From: Patescibacteria group bacterium
GTDB lineage: Bacteria; Patescibacteriota; Patescibacteriia; Patescibacteriales; UBA12075
Reading direction: 5' to 3'
Assembly (NCBI GenBank): GCA_018897195.1
Contig: JAHILH010000001.1
Location: 28,565-92,564, forward strand
DNA length: 64,000 nucleotides
A model generated the notes under the pieces. That model saw only the letters and a list, made by a program, of their open reading frames with translations, did not search any database and was not told the DNA's origin. Below are positions 25,916 to 37,792 of the stretch, one piece after another. Both the position numbers and the translations under genes were made by a program. Numbering within the stretch: position 1 is the first letter of the stretch; every line of letters starts with the position of its first letter.

Positions 25916-26794
25916 TTACTTACTTTGAATGATTACTAATCTATCCAATCCCGCTAAATCTTTTTTGATCTCAATCTTAACATCACCTAATTTCTCTTTG
26001 ATTAATTTCGTAATACCCTCACTCTGACTAGCATCAATCTCGCATAAAATCACATACTCAACACCAGTCTTTATTGACCCTATTTGCTCGAACAGCTCAC
26101 GATAATATTGTAAGCCGTCATTGCCCGCTACCAGTGCCAAAACCGGTTCTTGCCGTATTGTAGGCGAATTTTCGACCTGTTCGGGGGTAAGATAGGGGAG
26201 ATTAGCGGTAATTATGTATTTTTTCCTATTTTCTTGGTTAAAAATGGGCAAAACCGGTTCCAAAAGATTACCTTCAAAGAATTTAATTTTGTGGTCCAAC
26301 TTGTATAAGTTGGCATTTTTTTTGGCAATAAATAATGCTTTTTTTGAGATGTCGATGGCGAAGATTTGAATAGTGTCCGTAAGCTTGTCATTCTTTTTTA
26401 GTTCATTAGCAATCGTAATCGGAATGCAACCGGAGCCAGTACCGACATCAATCAAGGTGATGTTGTTATTTGTTGTGTTTTGTAAAGCCTCCTCAATCAT
26501 CATCTCCGTCTCTGGTCGTGGTACTAAGACATTTTCATTTACACAAAAATCATAGCCATAAAATTCTTTATGTCCGACAATGTGCGCAATGGGCACGCCC
26601 TTGATTCTGAGTTTAATCGCTTTGTTGAGTCGTCCGCTCTGCGAGAGATTCAATTTTGTCTTCGGATAAGTGAAAAGGAATTCTTTTTCTTTGTCTAAAA
26701 CAAAACAAAGCAACGCTTCGGTGTCGAGTCGAGGCGTTGCAGAAAAAGCTTTTAGTTTTTCAGTGTTGAATTTTAGGGATTCTAAAATGGTCAT
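25916..26794 (-). CDS. prmC: release-factor glutamine N5-methyltransferase
   Basis: SAM motif IDVGTGSGCI, catalytic NLPY (NPPY variant); directly downstream of prfA. Confidence 0.85.
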   Translation of the reverse strand: MTILESLKFNTEKLKAFSATPRLDTEALLCFVLDKEKEFLFTYPKTKLNLSQSGRLNKAIKLRIKGVPIAHIVGHKEFYGYDFCVNENVLVPRPETEMMIEEALQNTTNNNITLIDVGTGSGCIPITIANELKKNDKLTDTIQIFAIDISKKALFIAKKNANLYKLDHKIKFFEGNLLEPVLPIFNQENRKKYIITANLPYLTPEQVENSPTIRQEPVLALVAGNDGLQYYRELFEQIGSIKTGVEYVILCEIDASQSEGITKLIKEKLGDVKIEIKKDLAGLDRLVIIQSK

Positions 26795-26803
26795 ATATTT
26801 TCT

Positions 26804-26970
26804 GTCGTCCCCGCGAAGGCGGGGATCCAGGTGCCACAGAGAGTGTGATAATAATTATAGAAACTAATCTAGATATAAATATTGATAATAAAAATACTCT
26901 GTGATTTAAATTCTCCTTAGTCTGAAAGCGTTATGCGAGGGACCTGGATTCCCGCCTTCGCGGGAATGAC
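26804..26970. mobile_element. family C repeat (C2) wedged between prfA and prmC
   Basis: GTCGTCCCCGCGAAGGCGGGGATCCAGG ... CCTGGATTCCCGCCTTCGCGGGAATGAC; 9 nt from prmC start and 8 nt from prfA stop. Confidence 0.9.
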
Positions 26971-26978
26971 GAATGTGA

Positions 26979-28013
26979 TTACACAGCCTTCTGAATTGCC
27001 GCAAAAATATCATCCAATTTTCCCTCCATGATAATATTGATATTATGCCAAGACTCGTTGATGCGGTGATCAGTGATGCGGTCTTGTGGGAAGTTATAGG
27101 TGCGGATTTTTTCACTGCGGTCGCCGGAGCCAATCATCGAGGTGCGTTCGGCGTTTTCTTTGTCGCGTTTTTCGTCGGCGTATTTCGCCAAAATGCGAGA
27201 GCGCAAAATTTGCATCGCCTTGTCTTTATTTTGATGTTGTGATTTTTCGTCTTGGCAGGAAACAACCAGATTAGTGGGAAGGTGAGTGATACGCACAGCG
27301 GAGTCAGTGGTGTTTACGCATTGTCCGCCTGGTCCAGATGAGGAGAAGGTATCGATGCGCAAGTCGTTGGCATTGATAACCAAATCAATCTCTTCCGCCT
27401 CGGGTAAAACAGCCACGGTGACGGTTGAAGTGTGCACACGGCCTTGTTTTTCGGTCTCGGGAACGCGTTGGACGCGGTGAGTGCCACCCTCGTATTTGTA
27501 GGTAGCATAAGCATTAGCGCCTGTGATTTCTAGGATAACTTCTTTGAAGCCACCGATATCGTTTTGACTTGAGCTGATTATTTTCATTTTTAGTTTGTGG
27601 GTCTCGGCGTAGCGGGAATACATTTTGAAAAGTTGCGCCGCAAAGAGGGCAGACTCATCACCACCAGTGCCGGCGCGGATTTCCATGATGGCGTTCTTCT
27701 TGTCATTTGGATCTTTCGGTTTCAATTCGATTTTGATTGCTTCTTGCAATTCGGCCAAAGTGCTTTCCAATTCTTCCATTTCCATCTTCGCCATTTCCAA
27801 AAGCTCCGGATCAGTGCTTGAATCGGACAACATTTCCTTGTTCTGAATGATAGCATCCTCAGTTCGGTGCAATTTCTTCACCATCTCCGCCAACTCGCGC
27901 ATTTCCGAGTGCGCCATCGAAACTTCCTTCAATTTTTTGCCATCATTAACAATCTCTGGGTCAGAGAGTTCTTTTTCAAGGTTATTAAATTTTTCAATTA
28001 TTTCTTCGTACAT
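26979..28013 (-). CDS. prfA: peptide chain release factor 1
   Basis: GGQ motif [22 protein letters not shown]; RF1-type [14 protein letters not shown]. Confidence 0.95.
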   Translation of the reverse strand: MYEEIIEKFNNLEKELSDPEIVNDGKKLKEVSMAHSEMRELAEMVKKLHRTEDAIIQNKEMLSDSSTDPELLEMAKMEMEELESTLAELQEAIKIELKPKDPNDKKNAIMEIRAGTGGDESALFAAQLFKMYSRYAETHKLKMKIISSSQNDIGGFKEVILEITGANAYATYKYEGGTHRVQRVPETEKQGRVHTSTVTVAVLPEAEEIDLVINANDLRIDTFSSSGPGGQCVNTTDSAVRITHLPTNLVVSCQDEKSQHQNKDKAMQILRSRILAKYADEKRDKENAERTSMIGSGDRSEKIRTYNFPQDRITDHRINESWHNINIIMEGKLDDIFAAIQKAV

Positions 28014-28021
28014 ACTATATT

Positions 28022-28079
28022 TCTCCCTCGCCCCGCCGGCCTGTCCGCCTTTGGAGGAGAGAGGGGTGGGGCGAGGGAG
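28022..28079. mobile_element. family A-related palindromic variant (A6)
   Basis: CTCCCTCGCCCCGCC...GGGTGGGGCGAGGGAG self-complementary ends; 9 nt upstream of prfA start on - strand. Confidence 0.7.
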
Positions 28080-28092
28080 TGATATTATAATC

Positions 28093-28121
28093 TTGACTTA
28101 TTTTTTAAATATGCTTAAATA
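28093..28121 (+). promoter_or_regulatory. promoter-like site for RNA candidate
   Basis: TTGACT-16 nt-TTAAAT (or 17 nt-TAAATA). Confidence 0.45.
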
Positions 28122-28127
28122 TCTTCA

Positions 28128-28405
28128 AAGCTTGTAAACTGCCGTGGTTCACCGCCAAAGAGGTGTTTTTTTATAACGCTCAAGGTGGCGGGGTGGGTTC
28201 GATTCCCTCAGGCGGGCTTCGAGATAGGAACATAGTGTGCAGAAATAGTCGGGAGACTGTGAAGTTCTGGCGCTAGTTAGAATGGAGTCGCCGTTGAGAT
28301 ACCGACCCTATGTTCCGAAGAGGAAATTTGCACAAAGTGCAGTTTTCACTGCAAGAGGTATCAAGCTTTATGGGAGTTCTCAAAACAACGAGACTCCCTT
28401 TTTTC
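28128..28405 (+). ncRNA. unassigned structured RNA candidate (~280 nt)
   Basis: Bounded by TTGACT-16/17-TTAAAT(A) promoter-like site and + strand-specific terminator; nested helices (28226-34/28308-16, 28248-52/28301-05, 28269-72/28290-93); T-loop-like GGGTTCGATTCCC at 28196; no credible ORF. Confidence 0.4.
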
Positions 28406-28410
28406 TTTCC
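28372..28410 (+). terminator. terminator of RNA candidate
   Basis: GGGAGT(T)CTC/GAGACTCCC stem then TTTTTTCTTTCC; no T-run on the - strand side. Confidence 0.75.
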
Positions 28411-28492
28411 TAAATCTAATAAAAAACGGCTATTTTCCGTCCCAATAAATCTATACAATTTACCACGACAAAAAATAACCGTTTCAAATAAG

Positions 28493-28834
28493 CTATTTCT
28501 CTGTTTCGATTTTCAATTTAGGCTCTTTCTTTGCAGTCTCTTTCTTAACTTTTACAGTTGTTTCTTTAGCTGCTTTAACCTCAGCTTTCTTTGCTCTTTT
28601 TGCAGTTTTACCAGTTTTGATGGTAATTGCATCAGAAGCCTTCAATTTGTCGCCAAATTTCTCAACTCTTCTTGCGGTATCAACTAATTTTTGTTTACCG
28701 GTAAAGAATGGATGACAAGCAGAACACAAATCTGTCTTAATTTCGTTTACAGTTGAGCCAATTTCAAAAGTGTTACCACAAGCGCAGATAACTTTTGCTG
28801 ATTCATTATACTTAGGGTGAATATCCTTTTTCAT
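28493..28834 (-). CDS. rpmE: 50S ribosomal protein L31 with Lys-rich C-terminal extension
   Basis: MKKDIHPKY...CACGNTF...[13 protein letters not shown] core, then ~45 extra K/A/E/T-rich residues. Confidence 0.9.
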   Translation of the reverse strand: MKKDIHPKYNESAKVICACGNTFEIGSTVNEIKTDLCSACHPFFTGKQKLVDTARRVEKFGDKLKASDAITIKTGKTAKRAKKAEVKAAKETTVKVKKETAKKEPKLKIETEK

Positions 28835-29019
28835 GAGATTTCTTAATTTTATAAAAAAATAGCTAAAATTAAATCAATTTAGCCAATATTTTTATCAATT
28901 GCTCTTATTTTTAATTCAATAGAATTATATTAACACAATAGTAAAAATTAATCAATAGTAACCTGCTATTATAAAATATTGCTATATTAATGTCTAAAAT
29001 TAAATCAAGAGTAGTCTGC

Positions 29020-29048
29020 TTGACATAATGTAAATAATGTGATATAGT
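29020..29048 (+). promoter_or_regulatory. near-consensus extended -10 promoter
   Basis: TTGACA-17 nt-(TGa)TATAGT. Confidence 0.7.
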
Positions 29049-29096
29049 ATCCACATCAACCTGAGTTTTTATTAATCAAAGCAAGGGAGGAATAAA

Positions 29097-29417
29097 TTGA
29101 GCACATTGCAAGATCAATTACAATCATTGGGATTTCAACCGAAAAAGTCCAAAAAAAAGGAGGTGCCACCGAAAAACCCATATGCAAATTATGGGGTTCC
29201 GGAGAAGATGGACACTGGTAATTTTAAGGGAGCAGCCAGAAAGCGCTTGCTTGAATGTAGCAACGCTGTAAAAGAGTTGAAGCTTTTAATAAATCAAGCT
29301 TATGAAATTTTCGAAAGAAAACAGGCCAAAAAACTTGTTCGTGAGCTCCATAGCTTAAAAGACGAACTCTTCGAAAAGGACGGTATTACCAGGAAAGATA
29401 TAAAAAACCTCTGGTAA
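29097..29417 (+). CDS. small basic protein, unknown function (TTG start)
   Basis: GGGAGG 7 nt upstream of TTG; TTGACA-17-(TGa)TATAGT promoter at 29020-29048; terminator at 29524-29557. Confidence 0.55.
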   Translation: MSTLQDQLQSLGFQPKKSKKKEVPPKNPYANYGVPEKMDTGNFKGAARKRLLECSNAVKELKLLINQAYEIFERKQAKKLVRELHSLKDELFEKDGITRKDIKNLW

Positions 29418-29523
29418 CCCCGACTAAAACCCAAAATAATTGAGGCAAACAATGCAATGGAAAATCAAAGAAGCTTTGCAGGCTTCCGCGACAAATGTCA
29501 CGGAATTCCGTTAGTTATTTAAT

Positions 29524-29557
29524 AAAGGCATGTCTACGGCATGCCTTATTTTTTTTG
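29524..29557 (+). terminator. rho-independent terminator
   Basis: AAGGCATG/CATGCCTT stem then ATTTTTTTTG. Confidence 0.75.
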
Positions 29558-29613
29558 TTGTAGAAAACGGTTTAATTGCGGGTGTTAAAATTGGGTGCTC
29601 TTGTTTTTTCCAC

Positions 29614-29642
29614 TTGACAATATGCCGTCACTAATAGATAAT
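29614..29642 (+). promoter_or_regulatory. atp operon promoter
   Basis: TTGACA-17 nt-GATAAT. Confidence 0.6.
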
Positions 29643-29702
29643 ATGAATATAATCTTGAAAAAGAACAAGACTTCTTGTCCTTTTTTGTTTTATTTGCAAA
29701 AT

Positions 29703-29945
29703 ATGGCCATTGAAAAAAGGAAGGATGACAAAAATTGGTGGCAGCCGGCTTTGACTTTATTTCTGAGATGGTCGGCCTGGATAACAGCTCCAATATTATT
29801 GGGAGCTTTTTTGGGCAAAAAATTAGATGGTCATTACGGTACGGAGCCGATTTTGTTTTTGGTGAGCACGGGAATTGCGTTTGTATTTTCTATTAGTTAT
29901 TTAGTATATAATGTATCGAAGGAATATAAAAAGTTGGACAAATAG
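29703..29945 (+). CDS. AtpZ/AtpI-like small membrane protein
   Basis: Start at ATG 29703 (track start 29595 overlaps promoter); two TM WSAWITAPILLGAFLGKKLD...ILFLVSTGIAFVFSISYLVY; first gene of atp operon. Confidence 0.65.
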   Translation: MAIEKRKDDKNWWQPALTLFLRWSAWITAPILLGAFLGKKLDGHYGTEPILFLVSTGIAFVFSISYLVYNVSKEYKKLDK

Positions 29946-29958
29946 AATTTAATATTTT

Positions 29959-30065
29959 GTCATATCGAACGAAGTGAGATATCGCTTCGACTACACTATT
30001 TCATAAAAAGAGAATGATTTTAGTAGTTGAGTATAAGCGATTTCTTCGTTTCACTACGAAATGAC
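29959..30065. mobile_element. family B' repeat (B5), inverted relative to B1, between atpZ-like gene and atpB
   Basis: GTCATATCGAACGAAGTGAGATATCGCTTCGAC ... AAGCGATTTCTTCGTTTCACTACGAAATGAC. Confidence 0.85.
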
Positions 30066-30094
30066 AAAAAATAATGATTGAAAATAATTAAAAT

Positions 30095-30982
30095 ATGTCA
30101 AATCAAGTCGAACAACATAATGAAGTCCAGGAAATGCCTGAAGCAACAGAGGTGGCAGGGACACATGAGACACAAACAAAATCTGAACATGGACACACTC
30201 TTTATGCTGAAGAAGTTGCCAATGTTGGTGGTTTTCCAATTACTAATTCTATGATTAATACTTGGATGGTGGTGGCGGTTGTGTTGATTTTTGGCTTATT
30301 TATCAGAAAAAGAATAAAGGAAGTGCCAACTGGCTTGCAAAATGTGATGGAAATGGTGGTTGAGGGGTTTTTGGGGATTTTTGACTCGGTGACTAGTTCT
30401 CGAGAGAAGTCTTTGCAGTTTTTTCCGTTTGTATTTAGTTTTTTTATTTTAATATTATTGAACAACTGGATGGGCTTGTTGCCTGGCATTGGTTCAATCG
30501 GTAAAATGGTTACCGAAAATGGGCACGAAGTATTCGCGCCTTTTTTTAGAGGTGGCACTGCTGACTTGAATACAACTTTAGCTTTAGCGATTATTGGTGT
30601 GGTGGCGAGTCACATTTTTGGTGTGGTGGCCTTGGGTTGGTGGCGTTATTTGAATAAGTTTGTTAATATTAAAGCGATTTTGGATATTCCAAAGAAAGTT
30701 ATGAAAGATCCGACCGTGTTGATTGTAAATCCGATTCATGTATTTGTTGGCTTGATTGAAATTGTGGGCGAAATTGCCAAAGTAGCTAGTCTTTCTTTCC
30801 GTTTATTTGGAAATGTTTTTGCTGGTGAAGTTTTATTGGCGTCGATGGCAGCAATCCTGGCTTTTGGTTTACCGATTCCGTTTATGTTTATGGAGGTAAT
30901 TGTTGGTGTAATTCAGGCGTTAATTTTTGCTATGTTGATTTTGGCATATTTGACTATGAGCACAACATCAGAAGATCATTAA
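30095..30982 (+). CDS. atpB: F0F1 ATP synthase subunit a
   Basis: LSFRLFGNVFAGEVLL signature with essential Arg; multi-TM. Confidence 0.9.
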   Translation: MSNQVEQHNEVQEMPEATEVAGTHETQTKSEHGHTLYAEEVANVGGFPITNSMINTWMVVAVVLIFGLFIRKRIKEVPTGLQNVMEMVVEGFLGIFDSVTSSREKSLQFFPFVFSFFILILLNNWMGLLPGIGSIGKMVTENGHEVFAPFFRGGTADLNTTLALAIIGVVASHIFGVVALGWWRYLNKFVNIKAILDIPKKVMKDPTVLIVNPIHVFVGLIEIVGEIAKVASLSFRLFGNVFAGEVLLASMAAILAFGLPIPFMFMEVIVGVIQALIFAMLILAYLTMSTTSEDH

Positions 30983-30989
30983 TTTTCTT

Positions 30990-31084
30990 GTCATTCTGGA
31001 GCGAAGCGATAGAATCTTCGACTACGTAAAAAACGTACAAAGTGAAAGGTTCTATCACTGCACTTCGTTTCGTTCCAGAATGAC
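30990..31084. mobile_element. family B repeat (B6), between atpB and atpE
   Basis: GTCATTCTGGAGCGAAGCGATAGAATCTTCGACTACG ... GGTTCTATCACTGCACTTCGTTTCGTTCCAGAATGAC; starts 8 nt after atpB stop. Confidence 0.9.
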
Positions 31085-31153
31085 AATAAATTATTAATAT
31101 ATAATATAAACTAAAATTTCAAAATTACTTTGACACTAGTCAAAATAATCTGA

Positions 31154-31381
<228 letters not shown>

Positions 31382-31441
31382 TTAGTGATCTGACGAACTC
31401 CGACTCTAGGTCGGAGAGGCTAGATTATTAACTATTATTTT

Positions 31442-31930
31442 ATGGAAAGTTTAATTTCAACATTTCACATCGACGTCAGAATCTTAATCGCCCAAGCGGT
31501 AAATTTTGGTATCGTTTTTAGTATTTTATATTTCTTTGCTTTGAAGCCTTTGATAGCAACTATGAAAGACCGAACAGAAAAGATTGAGAAGAGTATTAAC
31601 GATGCTAAGCATATTGATATTAAATTGGCTGAGACAAAGGAGAATTACCAAAAGACAATCATGGAGGCCAGAAAAGAGGCTGGTGAATTATTGGAAAAGG
31701 CGCGTCAAGAATCTGAGATTCGCAAGCAAGAAATGGTTAATAAGGCTAAAGAAGAGATTGGTGTGATTATTAATCAAGAAAAAGAAACAGTTCGTGAAGA
31801 AAAGACACGCGTGATTAAGGAAATTAAAAAAGAAATTGCAGATTTGGTAGCCTTGTCGATTGAGAAGATTTTGGAAGAGAAGATGGATATCGCGAAGGAC
31901 AAGGAAGTTATTAAGAAAATCATTAGTTAA
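31442..31930 (+). CDS. atpF: F0F1 ATP synthase subunit b
   Basis: N-terminal TM then long charged helix; operon position. Confidence 0.85.
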   Translation: MESLISTFHIDVRILIAQAVNFGIVFSILYFFALKPLIATMKDRTEKIEKSINDAKHIDIKLAETKENYQKTIMEARKEAGELLEKARQESEIRKQEMVNKAKEEIGVIINQEKETVREEKTRVIKEIKKEIADLVALSIEKILEEKMDIAKDKEVIKKIIS

Positions 31931-31952
31931 GATAACAAACAGTGTTGGCAGA

Positions 31953-32139
31953 CTCCCTCGCCCCGGCGGGAGAGGGTCGGGGTGAGGGGTGGTCGGATGA
32001 GAATAGTAAGTAAAAAGTTTATTAAAATAAAATCAGTGGTGAATCGCTTGTATAGCGCACGGAAAACTACCTCACCCTGTCCCCTTTATTATTGTTCGGA
32101 CGAGGATTACGTTAACCCTCTCCTGGCAAGGAGAGGGAA
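31953..32139. mobile_element. family A repeat, full copy with extra ~40-bp insertion in right end (A7), between atpF and atpH
   Basis: Left CTCCCTCGCCCCGGCGGGAGAGGGTCGGGGTGAGGGG ... CACGGAAAACTACCTCACCCT[insert]AACCCTCTCCTGGCAAGGAGAGGGAA. Confidence 0.85.
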
Positions 32140-32150
32140 CTTAAATTGTT

Positions 32151-32552
32151 ATGAAAATTTCCCTAAAAAAATACGCGCAGGCGTTATATGAAGCGACGGC
32201 GGACAAGAGCGAAGCGGAGGTGAAGCTTTATGTTAAAAATTTCGTGAAAATCTTGGCGGAGAACAAGGATTTAAAAAGAGGAGAATTGATTGGTAAGTAT
32301 TTTTCTAAAGCTTGGAATCGCGAGAATGGCATAACTGTTGTTGATGTGACGACAGCGCAAGAGACGGATAAGGAAACCAAGAAGGCTTTAAGCGAATATG
32401 CAATTAAGTTATTAAATGCTGACAAGGTAGTGATTCGTGAGAAGGTTGATAAGGATATTTTAGGTGGCGTCATCATTAAGAATGGTGATATGGTTTATGA
32501 TGGTAGTTTGCGAACAAGAATTCATAATTTAAAAGAGCAAATGGTTAAATAA
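32151..32552 (+). CDS. atpH: F0F1 ATP synthase subunit delta (short form, 133 aa)
   Basis: [12 protein letters not shown]-terminus and [27 protein letters not shown]-terminus typical of OSCP/delta; operon position. Confidence 0.8.
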   Translation: MKISLKKYAQALYEATADKSEAEVKLYVKNFVKILAENKDLKRGELIGKYFSKAWNRENGITVVDVTTAQETDKETKKALSEYAIKLLNADKVVIREKVDKDILGGVIIKNGDMVYDGSLRTRIHNLKEQMVK

Positions 32553-32584
32553 AATTACATTTTAAAATTTTAAATATAAAGTTT

Positions 32585-34111
32585 ATGTCTATAACAAAAG
32601 ATTTCATTGTTGAACAATTGAAAAATCAAATAACCGAGTTTAAGTCGGGAGTAAAAGAGCAGACTATTGGCCGTGTGGTTGAAGTCGGAGATGGTATCGT
32701 GCGCGTTACCGGTATCTCAGATGTAATGATGTCGGAGATGATTGAGTTTAAAACCAAAGATGGTTCTGTTTTTGGTGTAGCCTTGAATTTGGAAGAAGAC
32801 AGTGTAGGTGTAATTATTTTGGGCGACTCTTTGATGATTAAGGAAGGTGATGCGGCGGCGACAACGAAGCGTATTTTGGAAGTGCCAGTAGGTGAGTCTT
32901 TGGTTGGGCGCGTAGTTGATCCTTTGGGACAAGCCTTGGATGGTAAGGGTGAGATTGTTGGTGAAAAACATTATCCAGTAGAAAAAATCGCACCAGGTGT
33001 GATTACTCGTCAATCAGTAAGTCAGCCAGTGCAAACCGGTATCAAGGCGATTGATTCGATGATTCCGATTGGACGTGGACAACGTGAATTAATTATTGGT
33101 GATAGACAGATTGGTAAGACTGCGATTGCGATTGATACTATTATTAATCAAAAAGGGCAGAATATGAAATGTATTTATGTGGCGATTGGACAAAAGGAAT
33201 CCAAGATTGCTAATATTGTTGGTAAATTACAAGAAGGTGGCGCAATGGATTATACAACTATCGTATTGGCGGGTGCTTCTGACCCAGCGTCATTATCATA
33301 TATCGCTCCTTACGCTGGAACAGCGATGGCAGAATATTTCTTGGACAAGGGTGAAGATGTGTTAATTGTTTATGATGATTTGAGTAAGCACGCTGTGGCT
33401 TATCGTGAAATTTCTTTGCTTTTGAAACGACCACCAGGACGTGAAGCGTACCCTGGTGATGTGTTTTATCTTCATTCTCGTTTATTGGAAAGATCTTGCC
33501 GTTTGAACAAAGATTTTGGTGGTGGTTCAATCACAGCTTTACCGATTATTGAAACGCAAGCTGGTGACGTGTCTGCTTATATTCCAACTAACGTAATTTC
33601 AATTACTGATGGACAGATTTATTTGGAACCGGATTTATTTTATCAAGGTAAGCGACCAGCGGTGAATGCCGGTTTGTCCGTATCTCGTGTGGGCTCTGCC
33701 GCGCAAACAAAGGCGATGAAGAAAGTGGCAGGCAAGATTCGTTTGCAAGCCGCGCAATATCGTGAGTTAGCTGCTTTTGCTCAGTTCGGATCTGATTTGG
33801 ATGAGGAAACTAAAATGAAATTGAATCGTGGTGAAAGGTTGATTGAAGTCTTTAAACAAGATCAGTATAATCCGATTCCACACGCACATCAAGTGATTAT
33901 TTTTTATGCTTTGATTAATGGTTATATGGATAACGTGCCCGTGAATAAGATTATGCAATTTGAAAAAGGCATGTTGACCTATATTGATGATATGGATGCT
34001 AGTGTTTGTAAAATGATTGATGAGAAAGGTGAGTTGTTCGCTGATGTTGAAGAGAAAATGAAAAAATTAATTGAAGATTATAAAGGGACTTTAGATTATA
34101 TCGTTAAATAG
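32585..34111 (+). CDS. atpA: F0F1 ATP synthase subunit alpha
   Basis: P-loop GDRQIGKT; [20 protein letters not shown]. Confidence 0.97.
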   Translation: MSITKDFIVEQLKNQITEFKSGVKEQTIGRVVEVGDGIVRVTGISDVMMSEMIEFKTKDGSVFGVALNLEEDSVGVIILGDSLMIKEGDAAATTKRILEVPVGESLVGRVVDPLGQALDGKGEIVGEKHYPVEKIAPGVITRQSVSQPVQTGIKAIDSMIPIGRGQRELIIGDRQIGKTAIAIDTIINQKGQNMKCIYVAIGQKESKIANIVGKLQEGGAMDYTTIVLAGASDPASLSYIAPYAGTAMAEYFLDKGEDVLIVYDDLSKHAVAYREISLLLKRPPGREAYPGDVFYLHSRLLERSCRLNKDFGGGSITALPIIETQAGDVSAYIPTNVISITDGQIYLEPDLFYQGKRPAVNAGLSVSRVGSAAQTKAMKKVAGKIRLQAAQYRELAAFAQFGSDLDEETKMKLNRGERLIEVFKQDQYNPIPHAHQVIIFYALINGYMDNVPVNKIMQFEKGMLTYIDDMDASVCKMIDEKGELFADVEEKMKKLIEDYKGTLDYIVK

Positions 34112-34115
34112 TAAT

Positions 34116-36499
<2,384 letters not shown>

Positions 36500-36532
36500 T
36501 AAAGACGAAGAGCATTGATAAGCTCCCTCGCC

Positions 36533-36645
36533 CCGGCGGGAGAGGGTCGGGGTGAGGGGTTGTCGGAAGAGAATCCCCAATAAAAATCCTGATCATTTCA
36601 CAGAAAACTACCTCACCCTAACCCTCTCCTGACAAGGAGAGGGAA
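36533..36645. mobile_element. family A repeat, full copy (A8), between atpD and atpC
   Basis: Left end identical to A7/A9 through GGGGTTGTCGGAAGAG; right end CTACCTCACCCTAACCCTCTCCTGACAAGGAGAGGGAA. Confidence 0.9.
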
Positions 36646-36670
36646 CTTAAGAGGAGAATTTAAAAAAAAT

Positions 36671-37090
36671 ATGTCAAATACAATACAATTCGAAATCGTA
36701 ACTCCAGAACGAACAGTGATGAAGGATGTGATTACGCAAGTAACGGTTCCAACTAAAGAGGGAGAAATCACCGTTTTGCCAAAGCATATACCCTTGGTCT
36801 CTATTTTGGCGCCTGGAGTTATTGAATTAAAGAATGAAGCTGGTGAGACAAAGATTATGTCTGTGTCTGGTGGCTTTGTGGAAGTCCTGCACAACAAGGT
36901 GGTGATTTTGGCAGACAGTGCGGAACGTGCGGAAGAGATTAATGAAGAGAGAGCTGAAGAGGCACGTCGACGTGCAGAAGAAGCGAGAAAGAATCCTAAA
37001 TTTGAAGATAAGTATGCCAATGTCTCTGCGGCGATTGCGAAGGAGTTGGCGAGAACCAAGGCATCACGTCGTTGGAAGGCAATGAAATAA
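36671..37090 (+). CDS. atpC: F0F1 ATP synthase subunit epsilon
   Basis: FEIVTPERTV...GEITVLPKHIPLVSIL...SGGFVEV typical epsilon; last gene of operon with 12-bp-stem terminator. Confidence 0.9.
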   Translation: MSNTIQFEIVTPERTVMKDVITQVTVPTKEGEITVLPKHIPLVSILAPGVIELKNEAGETKIMSVSGGFVEVLHNKVVILADSAERAEEINEERAEEARRRAEEARKNPKFEDKYANVSAAIAKELARTKASRRWKAMK

Positions 37091-37110
37091 TCACAAGATA
37101 TTATATAACA

Positions 37111-37141
37111 CAAAAGACACTCAATCGAGTGTCTTTTGTTA
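37111..37141 (+). terminator. atp operon terminator
   Basis: 12-bp stem CAAAAGACACTC/GAGTGTCTTTTG then TT. Confidence 0.8.
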
Positions 37142-37599
37142 TATGTAAATTTTTTGAAAATATATTTATCGTCGTATAGGAAAAAGCAGGACACGTTTTT
37201 ATTTTTGTGTTCTGCCTTTATGTTTGTTTTTTTTCATATCACACCGCATTGTAATTGCAGCGATGATAATCTTGAATACAATCCCATTTTTGAGATCGTG
37301 TCATTCTTGAGTAGAAGCGACTTACTCTGAGTACTCGAACTATGCTTAATAGAAGTCTGCCACTTATAGTTGTCATGATAATCCCTCCTGCTGGTTGAAT
37401 GATAATGAAAGAACAACTTTTATATAAATCTATTATACCATATTTACGGAAAAAGTCAAGTATTTTTGGCGATTTTTTACCTAATATTAGTAAGCAGGGC
37501 TAATATTAAATCTTAATTAGGTCTTAATGTTGATAACCTGTGGGTTAAATGTGGGGAAAGTTGGGGATAACTTTTGAGAAATTTATTTAAAAAAAATGC

Positions 37600-37627
37600 T
37601 TGACAGCGGCTTTAAAAATGGTAAAAT
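37600..37627 (+). promoter_or_regulatory. groESL promoter
   Basis: TTGACA-16 nt-(TGg)TAAAAT. Confidence 0.7.
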
Positions 37628-37637
37628 GGAGAGAGAT

Positions 37638-37664
37638 TTAGCACTCTTAAGGTTAAAGTGCTAA
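37638..37664 (+). promoter_or_regulatory. CIRCE element (HrcA operator)
   Basis: TTAGCACTC-N9-AAGTGCTAA, one mismatch to consensus TTAGCACTC-N9-GAGTGCTAA; 11 nt after -10. Confidence 0.85.
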
Positions 37665-37697
37665 TGAAAAAATCAAATTTTAATTATGAATATATTT

Positions 37698-37792
37698 GTC
37701 ATCCTGGAGCGAAGCGATAGGATCTTCGACTACGTATAAAACGTACAAAGCGGAAGATTCTATCACTGCACTTCGTTACGTTCCAGAATGAC
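37698..37792. mobile_element. family B repeat (B7) in groES 5' leader
   Basis: GTCATCCTGGAGCGAAGCGATAGGATCTTCGACTACG ... GAAGATTCTATCACTGCACTTCGTTACGTTCCAGAATGAC; near-identical to B6. Confidence 0.9.

Noticed and set aside
28185-28217. Possible tRNA or tmRNA 3' end (GGGTTCGATTCCC T-loop-like motif).
   Set aside because: The T-stem would have a U-U mismatch. No complementary acceptor 5' strand, D-arm or anticodon arm can be found within 100 nt upstream. There is no CCA or Ala-type G-U acceptor and no tag ORF ending in AA. It is kept only as part of the unassigned RNA candidate.
28310-28687. 125-aa + strand ORF spanning the terminator and running antisense to rpmE.
   Set aside because: It overlaps the well-supported rpmE gene on the opposite strand. 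The sequence is Phe/Leu/Ser/Cys-rich and low in complexity, with no start signals.
37239-37376. A 45-codon ORF on the - strand with a strong SD (CAGGAGGGATTATCATG) and a downstream - strand hairpin plus T-run.
   Set aside because: Half of the ORF is read through a degenerate family-B-like arm (…CGCTTCTACTCAAGAATGAC). The Arg/Ser-rich product looks like a repeat translation. It cannot be supported without expression or conservation data.
37530-37575. Cluster of DnaA-box-like words (TGTGGGTTA, TGTGGGGAA, TTGGGGATAA) upstream of the groESL promoter, considered as a possible oriC.
   Set aside because: Each word has 2-3 mismatches to TTATCCACA/TGTGGATAA. There is no dnaA or dnaN nearby, and no AT-rich unwinding repeats that I could define. 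This is too weak.
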